A stretch of 64,000 nt of DNA from Dudresnaya verticillata. Lineage: Eukaryota. The stretch covers positions 248,001 through 312,000 of the forward strand of contig OZ374557.1 in the NCBI GenBank assembly GCA_977862235.1. The letters are read 5' to 3'. Below are positions 1 through 12,741 of this stretch, piece by piece. Position 1 is the stretch's first letter. Every line of letters starts with the position of its first letter. The translations under genes and the position numbers were made by a program. The notes under the pieces are model-generated. The model searched no databases and had not been told where the DNA came from. It saw nothing but the letters and a program-made list of their open reading frames with translations.

Positions 1-364
1 GTGGACTCTAACGGATACAGTGCCGTAAAGGTCTATAATTTGACACAAGGGCCATTTCATAGTTGGACGGCGAGGCAGAGTGCATATATTTCGCAAGGGG
101 GTGAGAAAAACGGGGGGTATTCTACTTCACTCCGCAGCGTCATGCATAGCGTAAGAGGATATGCAGGGCATCCAAATCGAAAGTAGTCGTGGCAGTGTGG
201 TAAGTTATGCCACATCAAGGACAATCAGCGTTACTTTATGCCAGCGTTAAGTTATGCCACATCAAGGGCATTCAGGGTAGGTATTGTGTGATTAGCATTC
301 CGAGGTTCACAACAATTCCCTTCTCCTTCAATCCAGGAGCGTTAAGACTTTAATGGACTATCGT

Positions 365-2480
365 GCTACGACTTCTGGACGGAGTCTCGTATTTCGTTTT
401 TAACTGCTTGGGGCAGGCATCTATTAGACTGCTTCTCAAACTCAACGAGGACAGACACGGCATCTACATCGTCCGTCCATGCCTTCTTGGTTCTGGCGTA
501 GACGGAAGGGCGATATTTCCCGTCCCACGCGTCCTGCCCTGAACCAACCTCCTATCACCTTATTGACAGGGTGCAGACGACACCCGCGCTATCCTTCTTC
601 CAGCCCTGTACCTGCGCGAACCAGACAGGCATATTATTGTCGTTAATGTTCAGGGCCACGAAACAGTTGACACCATACGTCAATTCAGCGCGCTGAGTCT
701 CATGTTCAGCGTCATCCTACTCGTCGGAGTCTCCATCTGCATGCTCCCCCAGTGCACCATCGCTTTCCACAACTTGCACCGAATTTCTATATACACCCTT
801 CTTCTCGCATACCTTTGCCAGGTCCCAATGCAGAGGCCCCTCGCGATCGGGGAAGACCTCATCGCGCAATTTTCGCAACTCCTGTAGCTTCACAGAGTCA
901 TTCATCCGTAGCTCCTCTGAGCGTAAGAGCTTGCTTACTTCGTCTTTGTCTGGCGGGGAGATTATCACAATTGGAGGTGTCTTGTCCAGCTCAGGTGGGA
1001 ATAGCAAGAAACCTTGCTGACGTCCCTTCGTGCTCAACGCCTCCCACGAATCCTTGCATCCCACTCTCACATGGCACTTCGTTTTATTATAAGCTGCAGT
1101 GGAGCTCGAGTCCAGTTCTGAGCGCGGGAATTTGAAGTATCGAAAGTGAGAGAAAGGCACAACACCGCCAATAAATTGGTCCTGTTTGCAGAGTCCTAAC
1201 CAGTTCGCGATGTGTCGCATGCACGTCACTATAGGCGCGGGTGTGTACGATTGGCGCAGTTCCTCCATCAAGTCCTGCATAGTCACTGCGTCGTGGACGC
1301 GAAGCCTCCTGGAGTTGCAACTAAACATTTGGTCGATGTCGACATCTGTGTGCCCGATTGGCAAGAAAGACATATGCACTTCAGTGAATACCCCCCACGA
1401 CACGAGCGACTCCAAGTACGCGAGTAGGAACTTGTTCTTGTTTTAACGTGTACAGTTGTCTCCTTCCAGAACAAGAGTGCCCCGCACCTCCCCTATATCA
1501 TATTGGGTTGCTAACACGCGGTGCAACGCCTCAACAATATGGTTTGCACCGGATTCGAACTCGGCAGTCATTGTTAATAACGAAAATCGATGTGCAGCGC
1601 CGTGGTCCAGTACTTCTACTAACTTTACCGCCAGCGCATCACCCGTTGTGGTTTTGATCGAACATGGAAGTGTGACAGACCATACGCCGATTGATCTGCA
1701 CCATCGATAATCATTGAGCAATACCTTGTCGGGGAGAGTTTTGCCATGTCGCATTTCTTCCGGTACTCGATTCTTTCCTGCCTTACCATCTCTATATGCC
1801 GCCTCCGGCGCTCTCTCAATCCCTCTGTTGCCGTCTGGTCCGCACCCCCGACGTCATGCGGGCACGTTGGTCCCTTACAGTCTCTCACTCGGCACACTTT
1901 GCGAATCGGTGGTTTTGCGCACTTTGATCCTTGCGCAATGTGCAGTCCAAACAGTGTAGAAGTAGCGCTGAGAGGGCGGTGTCTTTCCTCGATACAATTT
2001 GGAAAGCTCACGCACAAAGACCTCGCACACCGCCTGCTTTTGAAAGAAGGGTAGATGAAACTCGTCTCTGTCCGGCATTGCGTCAGATGTATCTTCCACT
2101 AACCTATCTAAGAAGCTCACAATGAGTTCAAGAGAGTCTTTGGAAGCATCTCGCGAGCTCTTTCCGGGGCCGCCCCGCCTTCGGGCTGTATTGTTCCTTT
2201 CGTTGACGACTGCAAGTCTCTCGAAAATCCAAATTCCCGTTCCAGAAACGTGTAACACACCGGCCTGGCGTTGAAGAAGTACGTATTAGAGTTGGGTTCC
2301 AACAGGCTTCGTAGATATGCCCGCCGAGCTGCGCCGTTCATTCCAATCGTACGCCTCGCTTCCTCCTGAATATATGTGATTTCAATTGTTGCAAAACATT
2401 TTTTGACTGACAACATAACCATGAAGAGATGTTTGTGTTATCAAGGTCTTCGAGCAGTTTCGGGCGCTTGCTGGCCATCA
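365..2480 (-). pseudogene. Frameshifted Sola-like (DUF7869-type) DNA transposase gene
   Basis: The minus-strand ORF chain 2117-2422, 1875-2258, 1625-2017, 1443-1754 and 717-1415 gives SMIIDGADQS, LEGDNCTR..NKNKF and SFLPIGHTDVDIDQMFS (D..D..GHT..D signature of Sola1/DUF7869 transposases). A C-terminal remnant VLVEFEK..RDSVQKS* ends near 365 and matches the tail of the copy at 6.3-8.1 kb. Confidence 0.75.
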
Positions 2481-2798
2481 AAGGAGCACAACGGGTACCT
2501 TTCCGCCTGCTCTGATAGTTGTAACGTCGCTTCTGCCGGGTGTGCCCTTGTGCTACGTCCACATCCCCTCTTCTGGCCCTGTGATAACAGCAGCATTTGT
2601 CTCCCCAGGAGGGCTGGGCACCGCGTTTGCCTCAACTGGTCTTTCTATTTCAGCATCCTCCTCATCTTTAGCACTATCTTTATGGTCCCCGTCACCCTCC
2701 CGTATGTATGCCTCGTCACCAGATTCTTCTGATTCCGAAGAATCCTTCGTACTCAGTCTGTGTATACCAGCTGTATTTGAAACCTCTGGTTGAGTTCC

Positions 2799-3437
2799 TC
2801 ATGGCGGTCTGGTTCGAGGGGTGTATTGCAGAGACGATGCGGTTAATGCTGGCGAAGGAGCTGTTTGCGGGGAATCGACAGTCAGCCTCTTTCCTCGTCG
2901 ACGACTCTTTGGCGGTTTTTTCATAGTAGGTTCCTCCCCGGGGAGAAGGGTCGCGGGGAGAGGTGTATCTGTGGCAGTACTGGAGCGGGTGGCAGCATGT
3001 TTGTTGCGCATCTGCGCCACATCCCAAACATGCATTCCTACCTCAAGACCGCGAAGAGTAGCAGGTGGATCTTCGACGCCCTTGTAGGTGTAACGGTAAG
3101 GCTTCGAAGCAAACTCTTCTTCTATCTTCACCTTGTAAATGTCCACCAATGTTTGCCCTTCCTCCTCGACCTCGTGCAGACAATGTCCATGTAGTCTAGT
3201 GCAATAGCACCCAGTGCTGTCCGCTGCACTAGGCTCTGGCGGTGCAAGCGGCTCAGCGGTGCCGACTATCAGCCCTTTGACGAGAAACTGAACACGCCTT
3301 CGAGTAGGGGGAGTAACAATTTCCTTCACATCATTATCTTCACGCACTGCAGCTGAAGATGTCGACATTTCTGGTCCAGCTTGCCGACCGTTGTCGTCTC
3401 TGAGTCGCGGAGATCTCCTTCCAGCTGATGATACCAC
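2799..3437 (-). CDS. Hypothetical protein (possible accessory ORF upstream of the Sola-like transposase)
   Basis: 212-aa ORF on the same strand as the adjacent transposase, with a CYC..HGHC Cys/His cluster; no family recognised. Confidence 0.25.
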   Translation of the reverse strand: MVSSAGRRSPRLRDDNGRQAGPEMSTSSAAVREDNDVKEIVTPPTRRRVQFLVKGLIVGTAEPLAPPEPSAADSTGCYCTRLHGHCLHEVEEEGQTLVDIYKVKIEEEFASKPYRYTYKGVEDPPATLRGLEVGMHVWDVAQMRNKHAATRSSTATDTPLPATLLPGEEPTMKKPPKSRRRGKRLTVDSPQTAPSPALTASSLQYTPRTRPP

Positions 3438-4516
3438 CGGGAACTAATATTGAGGAGGCGACGGAAGGTGCCGGCGCTGGTGATAAGTCTGGGAGATATT
3501 GCGAAATGGAGTGGAACCACCTGATTTGCCAGTCTGATTCTAGGAGGTTCTGATATTTTCAGAACGAGGGGAGACAAATGTATACGACCCGGCGAAATTA
3601 TATCCAGATCCACTTGCGCACGGAATTGCCTTGAGGGTAGATTATTGGGTGCGAGTGGCGTTCATTGATGTTGTAGAGTTTGAACTTGATATCGTCTCTA
3701 CCAAGCTGTTCAATGACATGTCAAAATGGAATTCAAGAAAGAGCTGTTGCCCCTACACCAAGACAATATGGCGAATGTGAAGACTCGTTTGCTCAAGTTA
3801 TTTCCGCGTGTAATGCCTCTATGGGCACCGAAGCCAGACTTTGTTGCAGGAATGAAGCTGCTCAGGGCCGATGACGACAAACAGATATCACAGGAATCGA
3901 ATGATCTGCTACGGGACGTATATTCTGTTTCTCCTCAAAACATGGCAAATCTTCTGGAAGAATTGACACGGGAAGCTCGACGGGGCGTTTTCATCGTTAA
4001 CAAGCTAAAGCGGAAAAACTCAGGGGCTCATGCACAAAGTGCAGCCAGAACTGCAAATCGAGAAATGGTTGGCCAGGTGAACCACGGCTCATGAGCCAGC
4101 AGTTCAGCAAAAGACTGATGAGAAGTGAGTAGGCAACCAGTCGAGGAGTTTAATGGAACGCTACCCCTCATTGTTGATCAGGAACGATCTTGTGCCGCTT
4201 GTTGAAGGAGGTTTGGACCTTGTGGAGAAGGTGGCGAGAATCAATGGGACAGGATGGTACAACTTGCAGACGGGTCTGTCGAATTTATTGTGGAGAGTGT
4301 GAGCATGGGCACGTACACGGAGGCGTACCCCCGTTGCACCGGATGCAGCATACGCTCTGTTGGTGCCTATGGGAGCTGTTTATGGAGTAGCTCGGATGTT
4401 GGTGGAGGTTTGCGCCAGCAGGCATCGCCATGCCATGACGTGGCTATTTATGCAGGAGGGCAATGATTACTCGTGCTGCACGGGTGTATGCTAGACGCGG
4501 CTCAATGGCGGCTGGG

Positions 4517-4560
4517 GTAACCACGGTGCAATAGCACCGTAACCACGGTGCAATAGCACC
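4517..4560. repeat. Perfect 22-bp tandem duplication, each unit containing a small hairpin
   Basis: GTAACCACGGTGCAATAGCACC x2; CGGTGC-aata-GCACCG can fold. Confidence 0.85.
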
Positions 4561-6329
4561 GAGTCGGGGATGGGACTACCCCTGCACGTTGTCCCTTTCC
4601 CTTGCTCAGCATTGGTCCTGCCCAGTTCACGCCGCATGCTGCAGGCGTAACAGGTACCGTATATATTGAATGAAGCGGTTTGTGCTCATGGAAATCGCTA
4701 TGCAGGAATCGAATCATGCTCGTGTCCTGCTTGCCTTTCCCAACAAACAAGTGCCAGAGGGAGCCCGTTAGGACACAAGCAAAAACATTGTTAGAGTAAT
4801 GGCTGTTTTGAGGGCTATCCCATCTGTTTTTGAGGTCTTGATGTTTTGAAGACTGTTCCAAAACCATGGGGGCACTTTTTTCATGCAGACCACGCCAACT
4901 CTTTCCTTTTTGCGGGCACTGCTAGGAAAAGACAAAGCTGAGAGAGAGACCAAGGAGAGTAATCGTGACAACCAGCCTCAGTCGAACGGCGCATCCTTCC
5001 GATCCCAAAGAAGAGGAATTCTAGGCCACAAACATGATGCGTAGGTAGCCTTCAGAGCAGTGCTCTTTTACTGTCAATGCCGTCCTGGCATCAGGAGCGG
5101 TGTTTAGGCTCTTCTTTCCACTACTACATTTCAGGTATGTATAAACGACGGGAAGCGGGAAAGGAGTTAGGAAGAAATGGGAGCTGAATTCACTCAACTG
5201 CTACCGCTTGTTATTATAGAAGGGAAGAACGGTTCTGGAATCATTGTAGGTGTCAAGAAGTCTTCAGACGGTAGAATGGCTTTGCACAGACCCCACAGCC
5301 AAAGATTAACCCTGAATTCGAAAGAGTGATATTCGAATCAGCTATGTGCCTAGTTTTATATTCTAGAACTTCCCATACCCCTGAAACGGCATGAAGGGCG
5401 AAATTGGACTGGCCGTTGTGAGCTCATGAGCTGAAAACACTCATTCGACGCTCATGGGCAAGGGTAGTATGAAGTCTGATGAACGCAAAAGGAACTGGAG
5501 TTTATGCTGGCGTTCGTCAGGGTCATAAAGGATACGTTGAAAACGTATCCTCCTTTGTAAATACTGCTCTGACTTCAGAGGACCCGAAAGTTGACTGTAT
5601 TATGCGCCTCGCGAGCTTCATCGAACTCTTGGTTCTGGCCCAACACGGTCCTGATTCGTAGTAAAAAACGAGGTCGAAAATCACTATGGCGACATTGGCT
5701 AAGTCTTTCTTAGAGATGAAGCCGAGAAGGGCGGATAGAGTCTCCAATAGTACATTGACTGTCGCGCATAGGGAGTCATACGCAGAGGTTCTATCCGAGC
5801 TACTTACAGCAGGTAGCGCAGTGGAACTGAAACTTCGCTGCACTTCAGCTGAAAACGTATCGTGCTGTAGTTGAAGCATGCCAGGATCGGCATAAATCCA
5901 GCGTATAGGGGCAGCTCCGGGCAATGCCCTCCAGGAGGTTTGTTGGAACGACCGCGTCCGGGTGGCGCCGTGCTCCTGATGGAGGCAATGTGCCTTGATA
6001 AGAACGCGTTCCAGATTCAGTGGGTGCGGTGGGCACCGTTGAAGGGGTGAGGTGACCCACGAGACCGGGAGGGCGGGCAGTGCTCTGCATGTTGTGGCGG
6101 TGCGCGCGTTGGACTGACGAGTAGTTCTGCAATGTTGCGGCAGCGTGTACTGCGCGGCGATGAGGCGCCCGTGGAGGTAGCCGAGGTTACCTAAAATTCC
6201 AAATTACATTTTCTCGGAAATTACCCCGAAATCAATTCTTTCAGACCCGCTGCCGGGCTAGCACGCAAACCTGCATAACTCGCGAAGTACTTCTTAGGTT
6301 TCTATTCCGTTTGCACCAGCGTGTTCAAG

Positions 6330-8071
6330 GCATGCTCCCCTTTCTAACGAATATACGTTTGAAGCGATTTTCAGTCTGTTTTTGAAAGTACATTCTGTAA
6401 CGCGGGAAACCAGTGTTCGCACTCTGTACCCTAACAGAGCTGCTTTTATAGTATCTGGCTCCGTAGCTGTCCGCAGATTAAGTTCAGACGAGCTCACCGG
6501 TTTGCAAAATGCTCCGAGTGCGAGGAGATCAAAGTTTTTCTCGTAAGAGCGGCAACGGATCTAGCGGGAACCAAAGCGCTTCGCGAGCGGCGGGCAAGGC
6601 ACGTCAGAAGGGTCATGCAGGAGCGAACAGAATATCGTAAGAAGTGTGATATGGCGTCGACATATCCGAAGAAATATTGCTCACTCATCATCGGCGGTGC
6701 TGACCAGTCCGCATTTGGACTGCCACACTTCCACATCAAGGTGACGGACACACGCGGACACGGAATGAAGGCCAAAGTAATCGACGTTTTAGAGCATGGC
6801 CAATTCCCACATCTAAACCTTTTCAAGATGACTGCCGAGTTCGAAACGACGCAAACCATGTCATCGAAACTTTGCATCGGGTATTGATGGCACGCAGAGA
6901 CAGGATGCCACTGAAGGGTACTTTGTTCCTCGAGGTCGACAATGGTACTAGGGGGAATAAGAACAGGTTTCTGTTCGGCTACTTGGAGTATCTCGTTGCT
7001 ATAGGTGTATTTCCAGAAGTTAATACGTCGTTTCTCCCTATCGGTCACACGCATGCCGATATCGATCAAGTGTTCAGCTGCACTTCGAAGAGATCACGCT
7101 CTCGAGAGGCCGTTATCATGGAAGATCTCATGCACGAACTACGGCAATCATACACTCCTCAACCGCGTGTTACGGAGATGTTGCACATTACAGATTTCTC
7201 CGGGTTGTGAAAAGAGACCAGATGCCTTGGGCGTACCGAGCCCATTTCAGAATATCGGTACTTGAGGTTCAGTGCGGAAGGAGCTAGGGACACAGACGAC
7301 GGTACGTGCAAGACTCTCTGCGAAGTGAAGAGGGGCTGCAAAGACTCTTGGAAACCGTTACATAGGCGAGATGGCCAGGGGGATTCCTATTATTTCCCCC
7401 CAACCTGCACCGGACTCCACCGACTCCCTGTCGAGCACCTTCAGATGAGCAAGAAGTAACCAAGCATCTACGATACGCCGAGACCAGAATCAACACTCAC
7501 AGTAAGCTACAGAAGCTTTTGGCACTTCGTGATAGGGTTTACGAGGGCCGTGAAGACCCATTCCACTGGGCATTGGCGGATGTGTTTGAGTTGGAAGGGG
7601 CTTACAAACCGGATGGAAGGGGCCCTAATGCACCCTCCGAATCGGGGTCAGACGCTGAAAATGTAGTGGAACAGGACCTCACCTGCACAAAGAACAGCTT
7701 TGTAGCCGTACCGAAGGATACCCGTTCTGCCTTGGGAAGGTGATGAATTGGGAGACGGACGGGGGGGCAAGGTTACCAATTTGCAAGTAGAGCGGTACGA
7801 GAGAAGGAGTACTCGAGGGAATACATTTACCGGGCGTTATCGGAAGGCGAGAATAACCGATGCAAATAGACATGTCAAACCGCGGAGCGATACAGTCCCG
7901 GGGAAGTCAGTTGTAGTGGAGTTCGCGCGTTTAACCAACTCTGGAATACTCGTCACGGTGCAGCGAAATATCAGGGAAGCACTAGAGATGCGAAAGAGAG
8001 CGGAATATAAAGGTAATAGTACTCCAGTGCAGGCGGGGGAACCGGAAGAAAATGACATGGAAAGCAACTAG
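6330..8071 (+). pseudogene. Second decayed Sola-like (DUF7869-type) transposase gene, 5'-truncated
   Basis: RFAKCSECE, SLIIGGADQS (catalytic D replaced by G), LEVDNGTRGNKNRF and SFLPIGHTHADIDQVFS across ORFs 6615-6887, 6872-7210, 7262-7459, 7519-7743 and 7748-8071; colinear with, but diverged from, the 365-2480 copy. Confidence 0.75.
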
Positions 8072-8630
8072 CCTGAAGTGAGACGGAGATGAAGCCGATA
8101 CAAGCGTCAAAAGGGTGTCAATATTCTGGCTGAAGAAATGGGAAAGAGGTAGAGTGCATGCATGTAACGCCATGGAACAGAGCGTGCACGCTGCCTCAAG
8201 AGGCAGCATCGTTGCTAGGTAAATCAGATTTCTTGTAGAATAACAGTCGTGAGATAAACAACTTTAATGCCTGCAGCATGCAAGCGAAGTGAGCGAAACA
8301 GAACCATTGGTCTCTCTTCTGCATTGGTACAGTATGAAAATTTGGCTGGCCACATGATAACGGTATCATGCTACTCGGGGTATCGCAGAATGGATGCGAA
8401 TGTCTTCAATAGTAATAAATGGAGAGTGAGTCATTGCGCCATTGCTTTCGTACACAGCATGAGGTGTGCAATAAGTCTATACGTCACCAACGGGCAACGT
8501 CAGCTTGCGGTGTTCGGTTCAAATAACCTTGATGACCATGTCGTCTCGGGGCTCAGTGTGAGGATTTCCAAACGAAGGAACCTCCTCATCACCACGCCTG
8601 CTCAACATCTTCTTGTGACAAGCAACTCAC

Positions 8631-9050
8631 ATGAAACCTGAAGCCCACCAAGAAAGACACCTCCATCTGCTGCCGCGTCGCCCAGATCGAAGTATTTATG
8701 GCGTTGTCACCTGTGGTGACAATTGGGCTTTAACAGTATCGTTCCCAGACAGTAAAGATATGCCATATCTCGAGATAGACGATCCCATCGTGAGCTTCCA
8801 ATGGTTTGGACGCGTCTCAGCTCGACTTTGTAAGCGCAAGGAGCTCTTTGAAGAAAGCTACCCACGTGCACTGCAGCTCTTTCGTGAAATGGAAAGTTCA
8901 TCTTTGGACCTGGAAGTCCACCACAGTGGTTTCGTACTCACTACGAATGCGGATGATATCCCTACTAGCGACCATACTCCATCCGTTGCACTCTTTGTCA
9001 TGAACTATTTTAACGATCACTTACATGTTGGACAGAGGCATAATTTCTAG
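8631..9050 (+). CDS. Hypothetical protein or gene fragment
   Basis: 139-aa ORF with protein-like composition converging on the channel pseudogene; no recognisable motif. Confidence 0.25.
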   Translation: MKPEAHQERHLHLLPRRPDRSIYGVVTCGDNWALTVSFPDSKDMPYLEIDDPIVSFQWFGRVSARLCKRKELFEESYPRALQLFREMESSSLDLEVHHSGFVLTTNADDIPTSDHTPSVALFVMNYFNDHLHVGQRHNF

Positions 9051-9073
9051 GGGAGCAAGGCATGCGGAAGCAT

Positions 9074-11180
9074 TCATGGGTCTACGCCTGGAGAGTCCGA
9101 ATCGTAAATGTCTTGAACCCTTTCCCGGAGCATAGCGACGTAAACTTGGTCAACCGTTCTCTTAGTTTGCAAGAACTTGACTCGCTTAGAACCGTAGCGA
9201 TTTTGTAACAGTTGAACGTCGTCATCTTCCTGCTCGTCTTCTATCACGAAGAGGTCCAGTACGAACGCTACCACGTAGTAGGATATAACCATGCTGTTAA
9301 CAGCAACACGTGAATTCACGATAGAGGTAAGCAAGAGGAACCACTTGGCCCAGTTCCCATAACCCGACGCTGATGCAATCGCTTCTGCGCTTCTGCAATT
9401 TTTGTAAGATATGCAACGATGACGGAAGAAAATAATGTGTACCATCCTGATCCCATAACGTTGAAGTTGAGTGCGCAGTAGTCGTTGCCAACATATGTGC
9501 ACAAGAGTTGATTGGTTTTGGGATTCAGTACCGGGTTCGACGCATAGATCAGACCACCAAACAGCTCAACTCCAGCGGCCGCGAAGACATACATCAAACC
9601 TTGACTGGCAACTTTCATAACCATTTCCAACATATTGAGAGCGGAGCACCCACACTCGAGAACAACAAAAAATGCTGGCATCCTTGAGAGTCCTTGTTCC
9701 GCAGATCCATTGTCGTCTCAATCAAGACGAAAATGAGATTGACGGCCATGACAACGCACATGTGATATGTCTGGGAATTAGAACGCGCATAAGAAGCAAT
9801 AGACTGCCGCCAAGATGCTTCATACACTTCCGGGAAAACATTTCAATCGGAGAGATGCTCTCGGGCTCAATGGTGAACTTGAGTTGAAGCACGTCGACTA
9901 TGTCCAAAAACTCCTTACGACTAAGGTTGTTGTCCTGATTATCACCCAGGGCTGCAAAGACTAGATCCACTCGCTCGTCATCCATGTGGCTGTGCTTGTT
10001 GTTCTTCCAAAGTTTGTCCAACAAGATTTTGATATCTGGGACCGTGCAATTTCCATCGTCACCACCCAAGATGTCGTACGGTAACCCATGATTGCAATGC
10101 CATTCCTACGCGCTTGCAGCTTATCAATGACAACTTCCTCGATATGGCCTGTGTAGAGGTTGTATATAACAGCGTGCAAGTCATTGAAAAACAGAAAGTC
10201 TCCAACGACGATGAAGACCAAGAACACCAACGCACTTGCCCGCGAGAAATCCAAAACAGCCATGATCTGTATCGGCCAATCCGCAGTTGTCAACGAAGTG
10301 AAAGCAGAGTAGAGCCCTGAGGTGAGGTCGCCGAAGTAGCGATCGACCTCTGGAACATCGTGGAACAGCAAGCTCACGAGCCAACCGAAAAAGACCGTAA
10401 ATAGAGCGACGACTGTCACGACATCGATGAAAGGGCTTACAACGGAAAGGATTCCCATCGTACACTCACAAAGGGAATCCAAGTGAAACAATGGCAGAGT
10501 TTCACGAATGTATGGTGCAGACCTGATAGGGGATGGCCGGCGTGCATTGCGACGGAAAAGAAATCGACCACGAACAGAGCGAGTATGACGCGCGAAATGC
10601 GCGGACGAGAATTGAGCTGAGCCGTGGGGAGCAAATAGGCATCGCAGATGACGTAGAAGATAAGGGTAGTGAGGAGCAAGGCATTGAAAGCGGCGGCGTA
10701 CATGGGCGGGAGATATGGGAGCCCCAAGAGAAAGAGGGAGGAGCCATCAGGTCAGACACAGGCACGGGTGGGAGAGCAATACGTCGGGAGCTCGAAGAAT
10801 GGAAGCATGAAGAGTGCGAGCACGGCAAACTGGTGGGCGAAGGCGGTATTCACAAAGAAGAGGTAGCGACGACGGGAGGCTCGGGTGCGCGGCAAAGCCT
10901 CCATGTGCTTCAGAGGCGCACTATGCATGGTCTCATCAACTATCCATGCCACCAAAGAGTGGTTTGATTACATGTCTTCTGCGGATACCCTCGCAACCGC
11001 GCGCGGCGCGCCGTTTCTGCGCGGCACGCGCGTGCGCGTGCGTGCCGCGGCAGAATCGCCCGAGATTGGCGGCATCGTCTCTATCGTCTCGAGCTTGAAA
11101 CGCGAGGAGGTGATGATGGTGGGAGACGGCGGTGACCACGAGGAGGGTGTATACGGTGAGGTTTAGGGGCGTAGAGACAT
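9074..11180 (-). pseudogene. TPC1: Two-pore calcium channel (TPC1-like) pseudogene
   Basis: Fragments give LPFFELPTYC (plant TPC1-like S1), pore 1 YFGDLTSGLYSAFTSLTTADWP, S6 FLVFIVVGDFLFFNDLHAVIYN, an EF-hand linker (DNQDNNLSRKEFLDIVDVLQLKF), and domain II AAAGVELFGG..NDYCALNFNVMGSGWYTLF..NSMVISYYVVAFVLD. There are several in-frame stops and frameshifts and an apparent deletion in domain II; no introns are evident. Confidence 0.85.
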
Positions 11181-11513
11181 GCTCCGCAACAGGCGGGTGA
11201 CCACCGGGCAGATACCAGATTGAGTGAGACTTCCGCCGGAGCTATCGGCGCATATGGATTTTTTTATAGCTCCCTGTCGCCGACAGATGTGAGAAACTAT
11301 TTTCTTAGGTTTCCCATTTCGGTGAATACGGGAGCTATAACGCTACTTTCGTAAGTTTCAGAAGAAAATTTGGCAAACAGTCTAGCACGACCCCCCACGG
11401 AATAGATCAGTCTTTAGCTCTTTGGAAAGGGAAGCTGAAATGGAGAAGAGTGGTGAAATCCGTTTTGGGATGGCACCTATACAACGGAAGTTACGGCTCT
11501 CTACATATGGCGT

Positions 11514-11655
11514 CTATACAGCACGAAACTTTCGCGAAAGTTCTGATTTATTTCGAAACCTCCTTTAAATTTTATTTCCAAATTTTGCCGTGGCACAGCG
11601 CCGCCGCCGCGCGCGCCCCGCGGTGCGCTGTGCTGTGTCCCCCTCGGTGGCGGTA
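11514..11655 (+). repeat. DNA-transposon-like terminal sequence; inverted homolog at 58107-58276
   Basis: CTATACAGCACGAAACTTTCGCGAAAGTTCTGATTTATTTCG... matches the reverse complement of 58190-58276 with about 9 mismatches in 87 nt (hand count); contains the palindrome AACTTTCGCGAAAGTT. Confidence 0.7.
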
Positions 11656-12741
11656 CTCTCGCCAGTCTGGCGCTCGTCAGGCGCAGACTCTGCCGCAATT
11701 GCGAAGTTGCTTAGCTGCGCCAACATTTACTGCGCGCCTCCCACCCCCGAACCGTGTCCCGCCGCGCTCGCGCACTCCCGCGCCCCCTCTCGTCGTGCCA
11801 CCTTCGCACGCTCTGCGGTCGCAACACAACTGCTTTATCGCGCTTGCTTCGCTGCGACACCTCCGCATTACCCCTTACCCACTATCGTCCTGCATATTCC
11901 TCTCCGCACGCTAGCATTGCCGCCCCTTGATTTTTCGCTACAACTGCCTCGCTTGGTGCGGGCCTTTGCAACACAACCACCTTGCCACGCGTCCGCTGCT
12001 GTCGCCTTGTATGTCCATTGCGGTGCGCGCTGACCCAACACACCTGCAAGAGTATCGCTGCAGCGATATGTGCATGACTCCGCTCGCACGCCATCGTTTG
12101 TGCACAGTTGTGCACAATCGTGCGCAGTTGACTACCTATACAAGCCCCCTGCCGCGTTACTCCTGACCCCGCACAGGCTCGCCATCTCGGCAGCCGACAG
12201 CACGCAGACAGCATCAGGAAATATTTCCACCACGCGGTCGTTGCCATTAATCGTTGCTGTAGTTGTACGCATGACGCAGATGGCGACGCGGTCGAGTTCT
12301 GTAGCATGCAGTTTCCCCACAAACAATTTTCGCCTCCCCAGCCGCAATGATTAAGTATTATGCTTTCTTCGCAAACTTTGTTCGAACATGCAGGTTTATG
12401 AACCAGGATCGAGGAGTCCAAATTCCCAGGCCTGCTGCCTCGCTCGCTACCGCAGCATCAGTACACAGCATATTCCTCAGCTCCTCGTGGTATTCAATCT
12501 CTACCTTCGAACCATATGGTTATCCCATTATGCCAAGAAAAAAAAGACTTAACCGTAGCCTGTTGCTTCACATCATTAATATGCCGTTAATAGTTCTCCA
12601 AGAGCCGCCCAATTCACGTCACATGAGAAAGAATGGGCTCCTGGCTGCCAACCGCCGCCATAATACTGAAGAGCATCTCATTGGCAAACCCATCCCATTG
12701 CCTTCTAGTGCTCCAGAACTGCGAGCGAAGTCTTTTGTGAG

